The position numbers and the translations under genes are program-made. DNA of 64,000 nt. Source: Eledone cirrhosa. Lineage: Eukaryota. Positions 14,051 through 28,680 of the stretch are shown one piece after another (position 1 is the first letter of the stretch; the number at the start of each line of letters is the position of its first letter). The DNA lies in assembly GCA_964016885.1 (NCBI GenBank), contig OZ024740.1:247752001-247816000 (forward strand). The letters are read 5' to 3'. The notes beneath the pieces are model-generated. The model was not told the DNA's origin and made no database searches. It was given only the letters and a program-made list of their open reading frames with translations.

Positions 14051-15990
14051 GGCGACCTACGTATGAAATTGTATTATCGTGAGCTCCACAAAGGTTTGTT
14101 GTTTTCAGTTGTTTCAAATTGCCAGTTATGGAAACTGTTTATTGTTAAGTGTTTATAAGTTCATATAGATTGATTTCTGAAAAGGACACTCAATAATATC
14201 GGGGCCTTGAGCCCAAAGTTTAAATTTTATTTTATCAAACAAAAATTTATTTCGAAAAAAAAAAAACATGGATGGCATTCGGCTACCTAAAGCTGCCAAT
14301 AGCAGTCCTAACAGACCAACATCTCCCACCACCACCACCATTGTAAACATTACTACGGTTGCCAACACTAAAAGTATAAGCAGTGGCAATAATTTAAATT
14401 TGTCATATGCAGACATTCATTTCCCGCCATTACCAACATCTACAGGTGTCAAAAAGAAGAACCACCACCACCACAGCGACAACAGAAACAAAAAATAAAT
14501 TATTATCTCGTGACATCGAAATGGATTCACCCAGAATCGACAATTCCGCGCCGAACGCCACTGACACCACCACCATCACCACCACAACTGAAACTAAAAA
14601 TAATAATAACAAAAATAACAATAACAACAACAGCAACAACAACAACATCAACACCAGCGTAAAACAAAATGTGTCGTTTGCTAAAGCGGCAAAGAAAAAC
14701 GAAACGGTCGATGTAAGCCAGGAAGAATTGAATGAAGTCAAGCGAATGGTAAAAAAATATGGTTTCAGGGTCAGCCTCACTCCACCCCACCCCAATCTAA
14801 TAAAATGGAGCATCGGCGCCTATGCACCATATCATTTCGCACGATAAATATAAAATCACGCCGAGTGGAACGGGCATCCGAGTCCCAGATACAAAAAGTT
14901 TTGGGACAAAAAACCCACATCAGACGTGGGCAGAAATATGGAACCGTGGACGTGTTCTTTGGAACCCCACAGGAAGCCAGAGAGCACTCCATGGTCCCAT
15001 TAAAAAGTGACCAGTTCACACTCGTCCCAAGCTATTGCCGTCCTCGCCGACATCGAAGCCGACACTAAAGTAATTGAGGTGATAAAAGTAAAGCAGAAGA
15101 ACTGTTAGGGATCTGGGATGGAGTTCCTGATCCAAGCGGACCAAAAAACATACAGGAAATTCCAGAGGTGATAGATCTCAATGACGGCAGCCACCTCACC
15201 GTAATCGTAGGTGTGTCGTTTGTGGCGAAGGAACCCACCTAAAGGCTTTCTGTCCTCAGGCTAATAAGTTAAGGTCACCTCTCCTGCCCACCCCAGTGAC
15301 TCAACCATTAAAACCAGCAGCAGAAATGGCAGCAGCAACTGTAGGAGCAACAATTGTAGCAGCAACAGTAGCAAAACCAACACCACCACCACCTACCGCT
15401 CCAGAATTAGCACCATCCACCACGCCACAACCGAAACCAACGCCTGTGGAGGATTTTCCACTCCCTGATCTATCCCAACTGGAGACAGACTGTGACGATG
15501 AGGAGGAGTGGGTAATGGTATCTGGAAAAAAGAAAAAAAAAGAACCCAAAAAAGAAACAAATCTTCTTCCTTTGCCCTCCAAAAACAAAATTCAGGATGA
15601 AACAAACAAACAACCTAACAAAAAAGTTAAGATAGCTATGCCACCACCCACACCAGCATCACCAGCCCTATCACCACAAACACGAACACCATCACCATCA
15701 TTAACCCCAACACCACCATCACCACACACCACAAAAATCACCAACAAGCGAAACAGAAACAAACCCAATTATTACACTACATCCAACATAACACCAGCAT
15801 CACAGAATAAGACTATACAACACCCCCAAAATTCACACCACCCCCACACATACAAATCCCTCGCATCACACAGAAAACGTAAGTTGATGGTGCTGGACGT
15901 GAACAGCGGAGACGATCAAGCTTTCAGGCTAGTGGCCGTCTCTGCCCCGACAGGAACAGGGCGGCCTGATTTCTTCTGGCGTCTGGAATG
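14051..15990 (+). mobile_element. Internally deleted type A Tx1-like LINE
   Basis: (att)n|ggcgacctacgt start; ORF1 homology with several deletions; jump into ORF2 at ~15880. Confidence 0.85.
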
Positions 15991-15999
15991 TCCCACGTT

Positions 16000-17284
16000 T
16001 TAGCTTTTAAATTACATTCAACACCACACCAACATCACAGAAACAAACTACGTACAAACCACCAAAATTGTACCCCCACACACATAAAAATAATAGAAAT
16101 TACACAAACAAATTACATAACATTAAAAAAAAATGTTTCCCACATCAATTGGAGACTACCGAGGGAACATCACCAAAAGAATATTCACGGATATTCTCGT
16201 GGAGAAACCCACCAATGGTCGGAGGGATGGATCACCCACCCCCTTCCTAAAGAAGAACCACAGGTAATTTTTTGTACTTCTTCCTTCTCACTTGTTTTCC
16301 TCCTATCCTAGCCAACATGGCTTCTCTCAGAGTAGGTAGCATAAATGTACGTGGCCTGGGGTTGTCTTGGAATCAGGGCCACCTGCTGAACGATCTCAGC
16401 GAGACCAGAATCTCTGAGGCACGGGCATTCACACCCATTTTCGGCGGCTACGAGGTGTACACATCTCCAAGCCGTCCCGAATTTTTTGGGGGGAGTGGTC
16501 GTGTTGTTCCGGAGAAGTCTTCTTGGACACAGAGGGTAAGTTGGTGGTAGTGGACGTGACCAGCGGAGAAGCTTTCAGGCTAGTGGCCGCCTATGCCCCA
16601 ACAGGAGCAGGACGACCTGAATTCTTCCGGCGTCTGGAGACCTTTCTTGGAACGTCCCGCTCTCTAGTGTTAGTGGGCGACTGGAACGGGATCTTAGATG
16701 CACGCTGGGATTGTGTGGGATTAGCGGATAGGGGAGGAGGGTGTAAAAGCCTCACAAACCTACTCAGGCGTTTTCAACTGTCTGACAGGTACCAATTGGA
16801 TTTCCCGAATGAGCCAATGTGGACTTGGACAAACCTCATAGGGTCATCCCGATCATATCTAGATAGAGTATTTTGTAGGGAAATAGATAGGTCTAGCATA
16901 GGCTGTCCACAGTTCAAGATAGTCAGCTACACGGACCACAAATTCGTGATCTGTGTGGTTGACTCAGATAGGCTTCATAGACAGGGACCTGGCCACAGAA
17001 AGCTGAACGCGTCATTAACAGCGCGCAAGGCCTACAGAGACCGGATTAGCGAACTAGTTAAGCGGGCGTTGACGAGGCCCATCGTCAACAACAAATGGTC
17101 GTTTTCTCTGAAAAGAGCGATTAGAATAGAGTCCAATAGGTTTCGTAAGGCTTTAGCAATAGAGAATAATAGAGCAGAGGGAGAACTAGTTAGAAAATTA
17201 GACGACGTACTTGCGGCGAAATTGGCCCTTGACCAATTCTTCAATGCAAAGCACGAAGGCTGCGTTGTCAGAGCTAGGGTGCGG
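16000..17284 (+). mobile_element. Tx1-like LINE fragment, divergent ORF1 tail (type D) plus ORF2 endonuclease
   Basis: ORF1-like end ...ILVEKPTNGRRDGSPTPFLKKNHR*; ORF2 MASLRVGSINVRG at 16317; GDWN, YLDRV, TDH motifs. Confidence 0.8.
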
Positions 17285-17352
17285 TAGGTGGTGGTGGTGT
17301 TGGTTTTGCTACTGTTTTGTAGCAGCAACAGTAGCAAAACCACCTACCGCTC

Positions 17353-20300
17353 CTTTTGCAGGTGTCGCCCGAAATATCGAAACAGTGTTAGTCACAGAGG
17401 AGGAGATGGCAGTCGCAAGGGCCATGGTGACAAGAAGTGCCAATAGAGTCTCCCTGAACCCTCTACCCGATTTTTTCCAGGACCAGCAGCTACGGACGGT
17501 GACTTACCGCACCGTAAGCAAAATCTCATATCGGGTGGAGAGAGCCACGGAGGCTCAAATCCAAAAGGCCTTAGGGTGCGTCTGGTCAGGCAAAACCCAC
17601 ATCACCCGAGGCAGAAAGTACGCCACAGTAGACGTACTTTTCGCCACCCCCCAAGAAGCGAAGTCTCACTCTTTGGAAACCCTAAAGAGTGAGAAGATAG
17701 TCTTGGTGCCCTCCTACTGCGGGCAGAAAATTCTGAGGGTCAAAGTCACCCGGTCCCACCCGACGTGCCCATACCTTGGCTTGCCGCGTCTGTCCTTGCT
17801 GGAATCGAGGACAGGACGACCATGTTGCAAGTAGAGAAAATAGGGAGTGAGAACGGGTCAGGTATAGGCATGCAAATGCTTATACAATCTGACCAGGAAT
17901 GTATCGACCCTATCCCCGATATCATATCGAGGAAGGACTCCAACTCCCTATAAGCGTAGAAGGAAGACGGCCAAAATGTTATCTCTGTGGGTCAAATGGT
18001 CACCTCAGGGCCTTTTTCCCGCAGAAGACAGCGAAGAAGAAGGCCCCTCTCCTTCCAATACCTGGTCCGCTGCTACCAAGAGCAGGGCAGGCAACAAATG
18101 CAGAAGCCCCTTCCACGGTGAGTAGGCGGGCAACGTCCGTGGCACTCGTACCAAGGCCACGGACAACTAAAGCAGCAGCATCAGTGGCGGCAACACCAAT
18201 AGCTACATTTGCAGTACCTGCACCAGCAACAAAATTGCCGGAGAGAGCTCCACTAACATCACCAACAGCCGTGGAGCACATACCCCTCCCAGACGCCACG
18301 GAATCCGACATGGAGTTTGAGGCGGGAGTGAAGTGGCAAACAGTATGCCACAAAAAACAAAAACAAAATAACCCTTAGCTTTGCCCTCCAAAAGCGAAGG
18401 CACACAAAGAGGGGTAAAGGCAGCATGGAAACTTGCAGCAACACCACCACCATCACCATCACCACCACAAGCACCACCGCCAACAACAACCACACCACCA
18501 CCAGCATCACAAAAAACACCAACAGCGCAAACAAAACAAAACACCAAACAGCAACAAGAAGAAAATAGCAACAAAATCACCCCTCCCCCAAAAGGTACAC
18601 AGCCATAAACATGGCAAAAAAAGAACTCATACAATATATAAAGCAGCACACAGACATCACAGAAAAAAACTACTAAACCCTACCAACACCAAGAAATCTC
18701 CCGACAAACATAAGCATGATTGAAATCTCAATAGAACAGTACATACTTTTAAAACAAAAATTCCCCAACGCAGTTGGAGACTTCAGAGGGTCGGTTACCA
18801 AGAGGATATACACTGACATCCGCTTGGAAACACCCATGACCAGCCAAAGGGACGGTTCTACTGTCCCTTCACCACACGATCAAGGTAAGTGACCCTTTCT
18901 CACTTGCCCCGTTTCTCATCCAACATGGCCGTACTCAGAATAGGCAGTATAAATGCACGTGACCTGGGGTCATCTTGGAAGCATGGTCACCTGCTCAACT
19001 ACCTCAGGTCACTAAACATAGATCTGGTGACCATCAGCGAGACCAGAATCTCCGAAGCACGAGCCTTTGCACCGATCTTCGGCGGCTACGATGTATTCGC
19101 ATCTCCCAGCCGTCCAGGATCAGGGGGAGGGTTGCCGTCCTTTTTCGGCCATCTTCCTGGACCCAGAAGGTAATTCGGTGGTGCTTGACGTGAGGCACCG
19201 AAGGCAACGCTTTCAGGCTAGTAGCCGTCTAAACCCCGACAGATCGACATAGACAAACTTCATAGACAAGGACCCGGTTACTGGAAGCTGAACGTGTCTT
19301 TCCCGGCGCGCAAAGCCTACAGAGACCGGATTAGCGAATTAGTTAAGCGGGCGTTGACGGGAGCGGTCGTCAACAACAGGTGGTCGTTCACCCTGAAAAG
19401 GGTAATTAAAGTAGAGTCGATTAGGTTTAGCAAAGGACTAGTGATATAGGAAAATAGAATAGAGGGCGGGCTAGTCAGAAAGCTAGAAGAGGCGTTTAGG
19501 ACAGGCATCGCAACCGACGTGCTTGCAACGAGATTGGCACTCAACCAATTCTTCAGCGCAAAACACGAAGGCTGCGTTGTCAGAGCTAGAGCGCGTGCTC
19601 TGAAACACAAGGGGACAAACTGCACGAGGGGTAAATCGCCAGGTTTGGGTGGTCTGCCCTACGAGCGTTAGGTGAACGGTCACCTGTCGCAACCGTTCAG
19701 CATCATGCGCTTGGTCCGTCAGGGTTGTTCCCTCTCGTCCCTCTTGTACGTATTGGCTCTCGAGCCGTTACTGCACAAACTGGGGGTGATGGAAGGCGTC
19801 CCACGCGAACTAGGATGCGGGAAATCCGAGTCGGCTTACGCCGACGAGGGCACCGTGGTGGTGTCGAGCACCAGACACGTGCGGCTGCTCGGCGCCGCTC
19901 TCAAGGAATACGAAGCGGTGACAGGAGCAAAGATAAACCAGGAAAGTCGGTAGACTTGCAGCTCAGCACCTGGAGAGGCAAATCCATGCCGTCCGATAGC
20001 GTCGTGGGGCGTTGGACGGATGGACCAGTTAAATTGCTCGGGGTCTGGTTTGGAACGCACCTCCAGATGGAGAAAAACTGGAGCAAGGTGACGAGTAGGG
20101 TGGCCTCCCTCACCCAGAAATGGGCCGAGAGGAAGCTGTCTCTGAAAGCATCCGTCATCTGCTACCGCCTCACCGTCGTACCTTGCCCCGGCCCAAATCT
20201 CACAAAAATGGAGCGCCTCCTCTGCCGCTTTTTGTGGAAGAGACGCGCTCCCATGGTCAGACGATCCATCTGCTGTCAACACCCGTTGCGTGGAGGACTG

Positions 20301-20777
20301 GCCATGCCATGGCTGATGATGCGCAGCATGCGCTGAGGCTGCCACATCTCTGGTGCTTCCTTGACGGTGAACAGGTGTGGTCGCCGTTCGCCAGGCACGT
20401 TTTCCCACGGCTCATCTCCTTGACGGAACTGCAGTCCTGGGTTAGGAAAAGACCGAGAGATAGCGCTTGGAAACTGGAATGTCTCCAGACGCTCACCGCT
20501 CTCTGCCGGCTGGGCACCAGTATCGGTGGAACCTCCACCTCGGCGTTCTATAGATGACTAGTGGAGGGGAAAAGCGACGACGTTCTCGGAGAGAGCCTAG
20601 GCGTCGAAGAAGATCAGCTGTTTGCCCTCTTCCGGAGAACTTTCATCCCAGAGCCTATGGATAACTGCCAAAAATCCCTGGCCTGGCAGTGTTACCGGGG
20701 AGCGTTGCCGGTTGGAGATAAACTCTACAGGCACGGAAATGCTGTCAGCCGAGCCTGTCCGAGATGCGCACAGGCGA
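17353..20777 (+). mobile_element. Decayed Tx1-like LINE, type C ORF1 plus deleted ORF2
   Basis: ORF1 VERATEAQIQKALG and CYLCGSNGHL; ORF2 MAVLRIGSINAR, QGCSLS, YADE, C-terminal CPRC. Confidence 0.85.
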
Positions 20778-22617
20778 CCCAACAAATAACGTTCGAAAAA
20801 ACCTGGGCCAATCTAAAAATTCCGAACGAAATATTAGCAGCAAGAGAGAGGTGAACACTGGTGTACAGATGCATTGCAGCAAACAGCAGATAACCGGAGT
20901 TGTTTACTGAACAACATATTGAAACTGCACTGAAATGGATCATGCCAGAGATCAATTATATAAAAAGAGACAGGTAATTCAGCAGTATATCTGTTCTTCT
21001 CAAGTAGGAATCCCTGGCTAAAAATACTCTATGTATCAGACCTATATGAAACGAAGGACTGTGAGGATTTGCATTCCCGAGATTCCAACAGTACTCAACC
21101 TGTATTGGCTCCTGTGATGCGTTAATCCAGAAGAGGACACCATCCTGAAGGCCTACAAAACACGGAGGAAACAGTGGTCGGGAACTAGCTTGGAGATCCT
21201 TCTCCAAACAAACCCTGAGAGTATTCAGAAGATCCCGATTCAATTCACCTTTCGCATGGGTCGGAAATACATGTGATAGTAGAAGAAAAAACCACGTTGT
21301 TTCCACTGTGGGCAGGCTAACCATTTAAGAAACTTCAGGCCTCAACAACAACTGCAACAACCAACAATAACAGCACCAACACCAAAATCTGCAGCAGCAG
21401 CCCTAGCGACAGCACCAGCAAAACCAACAATACCACCGGCAACGGCCCCAGAACCACCACAACCAACAACAAAACAACAACTACAAAGACCACCAAGACC
21501 AATCAAGGGGCACTCTAAAGAAGCGCTCCCACTCCCCCCTCTTCAACACACACAGACACGCACGCCCTCTCACATCTGACACAAGCACAGCAACCTCTTC
21601 ATCACTGAGCGGGGATGAGGAAGAACACCAAAAACCTAAAAAACAAAAAAGAAAGCACAAGAAATCTCAAACAGCAGACAGAGAAGACACACTCGTACCA
21701 AACACAGACACTCATACTACAACACCCATCCCCACAACAACACAGCCGTCAACACAAATCCCACCTTCATGCCGTCCAACAGCGTCGTCGGGCGCTTTGA
21801 CTGACGGACCAGTTAAATTGCTAGGGGTGTGGTTCGATCCGGACCTCCAGACGGACAAAAACTGGGACGAGGTGACGAGCAGGTGGCCTCTCTCATACAG
21901 AAATGGGTCGAGAGGAAGTTATCCCTGCATGGTCGAGCGGAAGTGGCGAACGCGTACATCACGTCCGTCATCTACTACCTACTACCACCTAAGCTTCGCC
22001 TGACTGCGCTGGAGAGTTTGCTCTTTCGCTTTTTTGTGGAAGGGATGTGCTCCGATGGTCAGGCGGTCCATCTGATGTCAACACCCGCTACGCGGAGAAC
22101 TGGGCTTGCCATGGCTAATGATGCGCAGACATGCGCTCAGGCTACGGCATCTCCACCTCTTCCGCGACGGTGATCAGGTGTGGTCACCGTTTGCTGACAC
22201 GGCTTTTCCCAGTTCGTCTCCTTTACGGAGCTGCAGTCCTGGGTGAAGAGACTAGAATGTCTTCAGGCGCTCACAGCCCTCGGCCAGTTGGGCGATGCAA
22301 TCAGTGGAAACTCCACCTTGGCGTTCTATAGAGGTTTAGTGGAAGGCGAAAACGACGACGTCCTTGTGGAAACTCTGGGTGTCGACGAAAGCCAACTAGT
22401 TATTCTCTTCGGTGGGTGGGGGATTTCGGTCCGGGGTCAATAGATAACTTCCAGAAGTCCCTGGCCTGGCAGTGTTACCGGGGAACGTTGCCAGTTCGAG
22501 ATAAACTTTACAGGCATGGAAGTGCCGTCATCCCGGCATGGCGACGAGACCGCCTTGCACGCACTCGTCCAGTATCTGGGCATCGCTGACTTGTGGGTTT
22601 ATGTCAAACATCTGTTA
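20778..22617 (+). mobile_element. Divergent ORF1 fragment (type E) followed by ORF2 3' fragments
   Basis: PDSIHLSHGSEIHVIVE...CFHCGQANHL aligns with the knuckle region of types A/B; ORF2 homology from ~21768 (DGPVKLLGVWF). Confidence 0.65.
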
Positions 22618-22867
22618 TAAACAACAAATGTGGTTGAGAAAGCAATTCCCAGAAAGATATCCCTACCAAAGAATTGTGGCCTACAAGCAGATTCAGTTCA
22701 ATAGCAGGATGAAAATTAAATATGCTTCAATTAAGATTGAAAGTATTTTCTACATAGCGCCATCTTAAATTTATCGTGGAGAAACATGTTGCTACGCTCT
22801 CAAACAAAATATTTTCAAATTGAACGATATATATAGAGAGAGAAGAACATTAATATAACCCTATGTA

Positions 22868-22948
22868 CATATATTAAATAAATATGCATATATTAAATAA
22901 ATATGCATATATATTAAATAAATATGCATGTATATTAAATAAATATAT
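22868..22948. repeat. Tandem repeat, ~20-22 bp, about 4 units
   Basis: atatattaaataaatatgc repeated. Confidence 0.8.
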
Positions 22949-23204
22949 ACATCCAGCGAGTGGTAGACTGCAGAATCGTTAAAACATTGGACAAAATACT
23001 TTACAGTATTTCTTCCGGCTCTTTCTGTCTTGAATTCAACAACATTGCCTTTCATCTTTCTGGGGTTGATAAAATGAAATAATTAGCTTGCAATTGCTTG
23101 GCTCTCTTTAATCGACCGCTGATATTTGTTAACATGCAATAGGCTAACATGTTACAGTAGAGCTCAAATACCCGCCCAATTGCGGGGTTCCCTGTAGTAT
23201 ATGC

Positions 23205-23994
<790 letters not shown>

Positions 23995-25480
23995 ATATCT
24001 ATATGCACTGCATATATAATGTATGCGTGCATGCATGAGGATGTAATAAAAAAAACATATACTGATGAATGGCTGTCGAAAAATATATACAACATTGCAA
24101 ATGCAAATGAAATTTAAATGATGAAAATAAAGGATTTTGTCTTACCAGATTTTGATGTTATTACGAGTAATATCAGCAAGCGGAACACGGTTTTTTGGCA
24201 GAGATGTGCTCGAGTCAGAAATTCTTTAAAAAGTGGTCGTTAAGAGGACTAGTTATAAGTTGATCTTGTAAAATGTGTGTGCGTAACTATTTATTCCACA
24301 TCAGCGTAAGTATCCCAGCAGAGAAATTAGTTGTTGAATGAGAGAATATGTAATCCTTACCCCACCACTACCACCACCACCATCACATTCATCAACACCC
24401 ATCTTACTTTCTTATATTTGCATTTTATAGCCGCCTACAGTTATCTATTCTTTTCGTCATCTTCTTTTCTTTTTCTTCTTTCTTTCTTTTTCTTCACTAT
24501 TTTCCTTTTCTTTTTGAATTCTTTTGTGTTTTTTCTTTCTTTCTTACAAAATGCACGTTCAATATTTATTTTCTGTTTGTTTGTGTTGTGTATGGTTTTT
24601 GTTAAACACTTAAACCCGTTCCTCAATGCAGAATGAATGTTTAAGGAACAATAACCGTGCAGATACCACTTCGTACCGGTCTGTCGGTTTCTGTTGAAAC
24701 CTCTCTTGTCCTCAGTCCCGGGACAATCACTTTCCAGTATAAAATCGGACTGACAACATCGTGACTGAAGAAGGAGCTTCGTAGGTTAGAATGGCTGAGG
24801 CAGCAGATATTGCTGGGTGTTTTCTGTGCCAACACTTTTGCCATCTTATCCACCATATGGTGTAACTGAGTTATATTGTTCAACAGGGCATGCTTATTTT
24901 TTCGTTTCTTCTGTTTTTCCTTTTCCTTTGTTGTTTTTGCGGTATATATTTGTACAACTCAATAAATTTTTATTACATATCAATGAAACATTTTGCACCG
25001 ACAGGCAAACAACGCAGTGTTTGTTAGTTTGCTTATCTACATTCTTCAGCTGCTAAGATGGAGAAATATATTTCGATTATAGTTATGCAATAATTACAGA
25101 ATGAAATGGTATGGTGTGGTAGGGTGTGGTGTAGTGTGATGTGGACGCAACATCTTAATGAGTGAAAGTTTTAATAGTGTTGACGGCGGCGGGAAAAGAA
25201 AGCGAGGACAGGGTGCGGGAGTTACGATGACAAGGAATCAAGAAATACAGTAGCTGATAAAGTCTGGTTACTAATCGACTATGTTGAGGAAAGAGAGAGA
25301 GTGTGTGTGACAGAGTGAGAGATGTGAGACAGGTAAATATATATATAGAGAGAGAGAGACGGGGGCGGGTAGCTGGAGGTAAGATACAGAAAGAGAACCG
25401 AGCATCAATTTGATTCAGATTAAAATAAACTTGTCTGAAATAGGGCTACATGAATTCAGTTGGAACCTGATATCACACAT

Positions 25481-25580
<100 letters not shown>

Positions 25581-25789
25581 AAATGTAATCTGAGTTTTTC
25601 GTTAATTAATAATAATATTCGATTCGTTTGCAGTTATGCAAACAAGCCTTTTTTTTTAAGCCATGTCAGTAGAATGAGCCCCTCATTCTTGCTCTTGTGT
25701 TGGCATGTAAACAGGACTGCAGACACTAATGTTTCTCGGCATTGCCCTTCATCAGTACAGTTCACTGTTCACCTGCCAACTGTTAGAGC

Positions 25790-26360
25790 TAGTGAAAATA
25801 CATGATATTTTCTAAAATACAGTGACTGTATATATATATGTATAAACTCTTTCAAGAACACTATCAAATCTGATATCACGAACACCTCTTTTTCGCCTCT
25901 TCCATTGCTTATTGTTCCCTCTGCAGTAAGGTGGTAGCTAGTAATAATAAATTGTCCTTGCAAATGGGTAGTCCTGGCAAAGTTTGAAATAAGCAGTTAG
26001 AGTAGTTTCTTTAGGAACCAATGTTTGCTGTGAAATAGACACGTTGCCCATCTTTCCAATAAATATGCATATATGTGGGGCTACCAGTACAGCTGGATGG
26101 AAGGATACATAAATTTCCTAATCTCTTCAGCAGCAACTTCGTTATTGATGCCATCACATAAATGAATGTATGACTCAGATCGTAATTCTTTCTGGTGGGA
26201 TCTTAAGAAAGCTAATCTTTCTTCCTGAACTTTTGCATACATGTCCACAGCAAATTGTTGGAACAAAGTTTGTATTCGGGGGGGGGGGGGGATTGAAATT
26301 GTCTTGATGAACCATAAAATAGTAAGAGTAAAAATACATGCACGAGGCTGTTTTCCTGGT
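25790..26360 (-). mobile_element. Helitron Rep/Hel-derived remnant, internally deleted
   Basis: FQQFAVDMYAKVQEERLAFLRSHQKELRSESYIHLCDGI resembles the conserved Helitron Rep block. Confidence 0.7.
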
Positions 26361-26371
26361 ATTATCTGTTT

Positions 26372-26560
26372 AAGGGCAGTCGATTGAGAGTATCGGTAGA
26401 GGGTCGGACGCCATGCTTTGCAGCAAAGAGTTACAGCTTTTATGGTCTGAGTTCAAATCCCGCCGAGGTTATCTTTGCCTTTCATCCTTACGGGGTCGAT
26501 AAAATAAAGTACCAGTAATACACTGGGATAATTGCTGGCCTTGTGCCAAAAGTAGAAACA
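26372..26560 (+). mobile_element. Full-length SINE with 11-bp TSD, inserted in the Helitron remnant
   Basis: attatctgttt at 26361-26371 and 26561-26571. Confidence 0.9.
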
Positions 26561-26669
26561 ATTATCTGTTTTGTGCACATTCCTGAGTCTAAGGAATTCA
26601 GATGCCATATTTGAACTGGTTTTTAAGTGCATAGGAGACAAACAAACGAATATTTATATACATATATGT

Positions 26670-27035
26670 ATATCTGTGTGTGAATACAATTTTTCGTTTG
26701 TTTGTCTGTTTATCTGTTTGTCTTCTATGCACTTAAAAACCAGTGGACGAATCAGGTTCAAACTTGGCATGTGAGTTCCTTAGACACAGGAATAGGTTTT
26801 TCACACGTGGAACTATATTCATTTGTTTATAAGTTTGTGTGTCTGCTTATCCTTTGTTTACACAAAAACCAGTACACCAATCATGCTCAAACTTGGCATC
26901 CTTAGACGCAAATGTAGGTTTTGCCTTTTTAATCTCTATCTCTATATGTATAAAATTATTCTTGTTTTCATGTTTGTTTGTCTCCTTAAAAATGCACTTA
27001 AAAATCAGTGGACCAATCATATTCAAATTTCATTT
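26670..27035 (+). repeat. Three degenerate subterminal-type repeats (Helitron/Helentron-like non-coding)
   Basis: Repeated tgtttgtc...cacttaaaaaccagtggac.aatca..ttcaaacttggcat unit. Confidence 0.45.
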
Positions 27036-27091
27036 AGTTTTGAGGTTCCAACCTCTCTTTTAATTTTTTGTTCTTTATTTGATTTATGTAA

Positions 27092-27512
27092 ACTCTACTA
27101 AAAATAACACTTGAAAAACCTGTAATATTTTGGGGCATATTCATTTTCGTTAGACTTTTGTTATTGTTTCCGAAAAATAACTGAGAGTTAATGCAGTGAG
27201 TCCTCATTCAACGAAAATTTAACTAGACTGTTAATTTTTAGTTCTTGTTTCCGAAAGATAACTGGAAATTAATGTCGATTTCTTTTTGTTAATGATGGAT
27301 TTAAGTCGAGTCAAATTTTGTTGACTAAGGACTTACTACATTAACTTTCGGATATATTTCGGAAACAACAAGCAAAAGCTAAGGGTTGAGTCAAATATTC
27401 GTTAAATCAAGACTTACTGCATTAAATTTCAGTTGTCTTTCAATAAAAACAACAAAAACTAACGAAAATAAATGAGCAAAAAAATATTAGAGGTTTCCTA
27501 CTTTTAGTAGTG
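27092..27512. repeat. Imperfect ~420-bp palindrome (MITE/foldback-like)
   Basis: ttttcgttag/ctaacgaaaa, ttaatgcagt/actgcattaa and gtttccgaaa/tttcggaaac arranged in mirror order around ~27300. Confidence 0.6.
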
Positions 27513-27944
27513 TTTCCATAAATAAAAACGAGTGTCACTCCCTTTCTTTCTCTCCTTTATTCATTCATTGTAAGTTTATATGCTTAATTCCATATTGTGC
27601 TTTCAGAGCTATATATGAAGATGTAACAAATATACACACATATGAAGCACACATATGAAGAATATATATATACACACACACACAGAAGGGCAAAATATGA
27701 AGTAGATATGACCACACAAAAGAGATAAAAAGAATGTGTGACCACGTGTTCTGTAGTCGGTAGAGGAGAGAGCGGATATTAAAGCAAACTTGTGTTGTTG
27801 TTTTAGTGATATACAGATACTTGCTAAATATGAATTTGATTTTTCTGTAAATGATGGATTGGATGTAAGTCGAGTCAAATTGTGTTCAGTAAGGACTCAC
27901 TACTATCTCTGTTTCTTTCTCTCCTTGACTACCAATGCTATTTT

Positions 27945-28680
27945 TGTAAAAATTCAGGAAGAAAGATTAGCATTCTTAAGATCCCACCAGAAAGAATTAC
28001 AATCTGAGTCATACATTTATTTATGTGATGGCATCAATAACGACTGCATGAACGTTATCTACCGATTCAAAGGTTGGCTACTCATCAGAAAAATGGGCAA
28101 CGTGTCTATTTTACAGGATGTGCAAGATGAAGTCAGTATGTATCAACAATGGCTTTTCAATACATGAACGTTATTCACCGATTCAACAGTTGGCTGTTCA
28201 TTTGAAAAAAGGGCAACGTGTATATTTCACAGTTGCAATTGTTACTCAACAAGTGTAGGTTCCTAAAGAAACTACTCTAACAGCTCATTTCAAACTTTGC
28301 CAGGATCACCCATTTGCAAGAACAATTCATTATTACCAGCTACCATCTTACTACACAGGGTACAATAAACAATGGAAGAGGCGAAAAAAGAGGTGCTTCC
28401 GTTGAAAATTATCCTGATATCAGATTTGATTGTGTTCTTGAAAGAGTTTATACAGTACACCTTAATCAACATAAATGTTCAACAATTTTCGAAGCTCTAA
28501 GGACTGTTAATCCTATCGCGTCAATCCTATCGTTAATACTGCCTTCGACTTGGATTGCTGGAAGATGACTCTCAATGGGATGTGGCACTTTCTGAGGCTT
28601 CCATATCGCACATTGCACGTAGTCTTCACTCTTTGTTCGCTATTCTATTAAAAAATTGACATTTTATTCATGACTACCAC
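27945..28680 (+). mobile_element. Helitron-derived remnant, inverted relative to 25790-26360
   Basis: KIQEERLAFLRSHQKELQSESYIYL, LERVYTVHL, FEALRTVN, WDVALSEA..SLFAILL. Confidence 0.7.

Noticed and set aside
24638-24976. Possible solo LTR (TG...CA with TATAAAA and AATAAA)
   Set aside because: Single copy with no target-site duplication, PBS or PPT found
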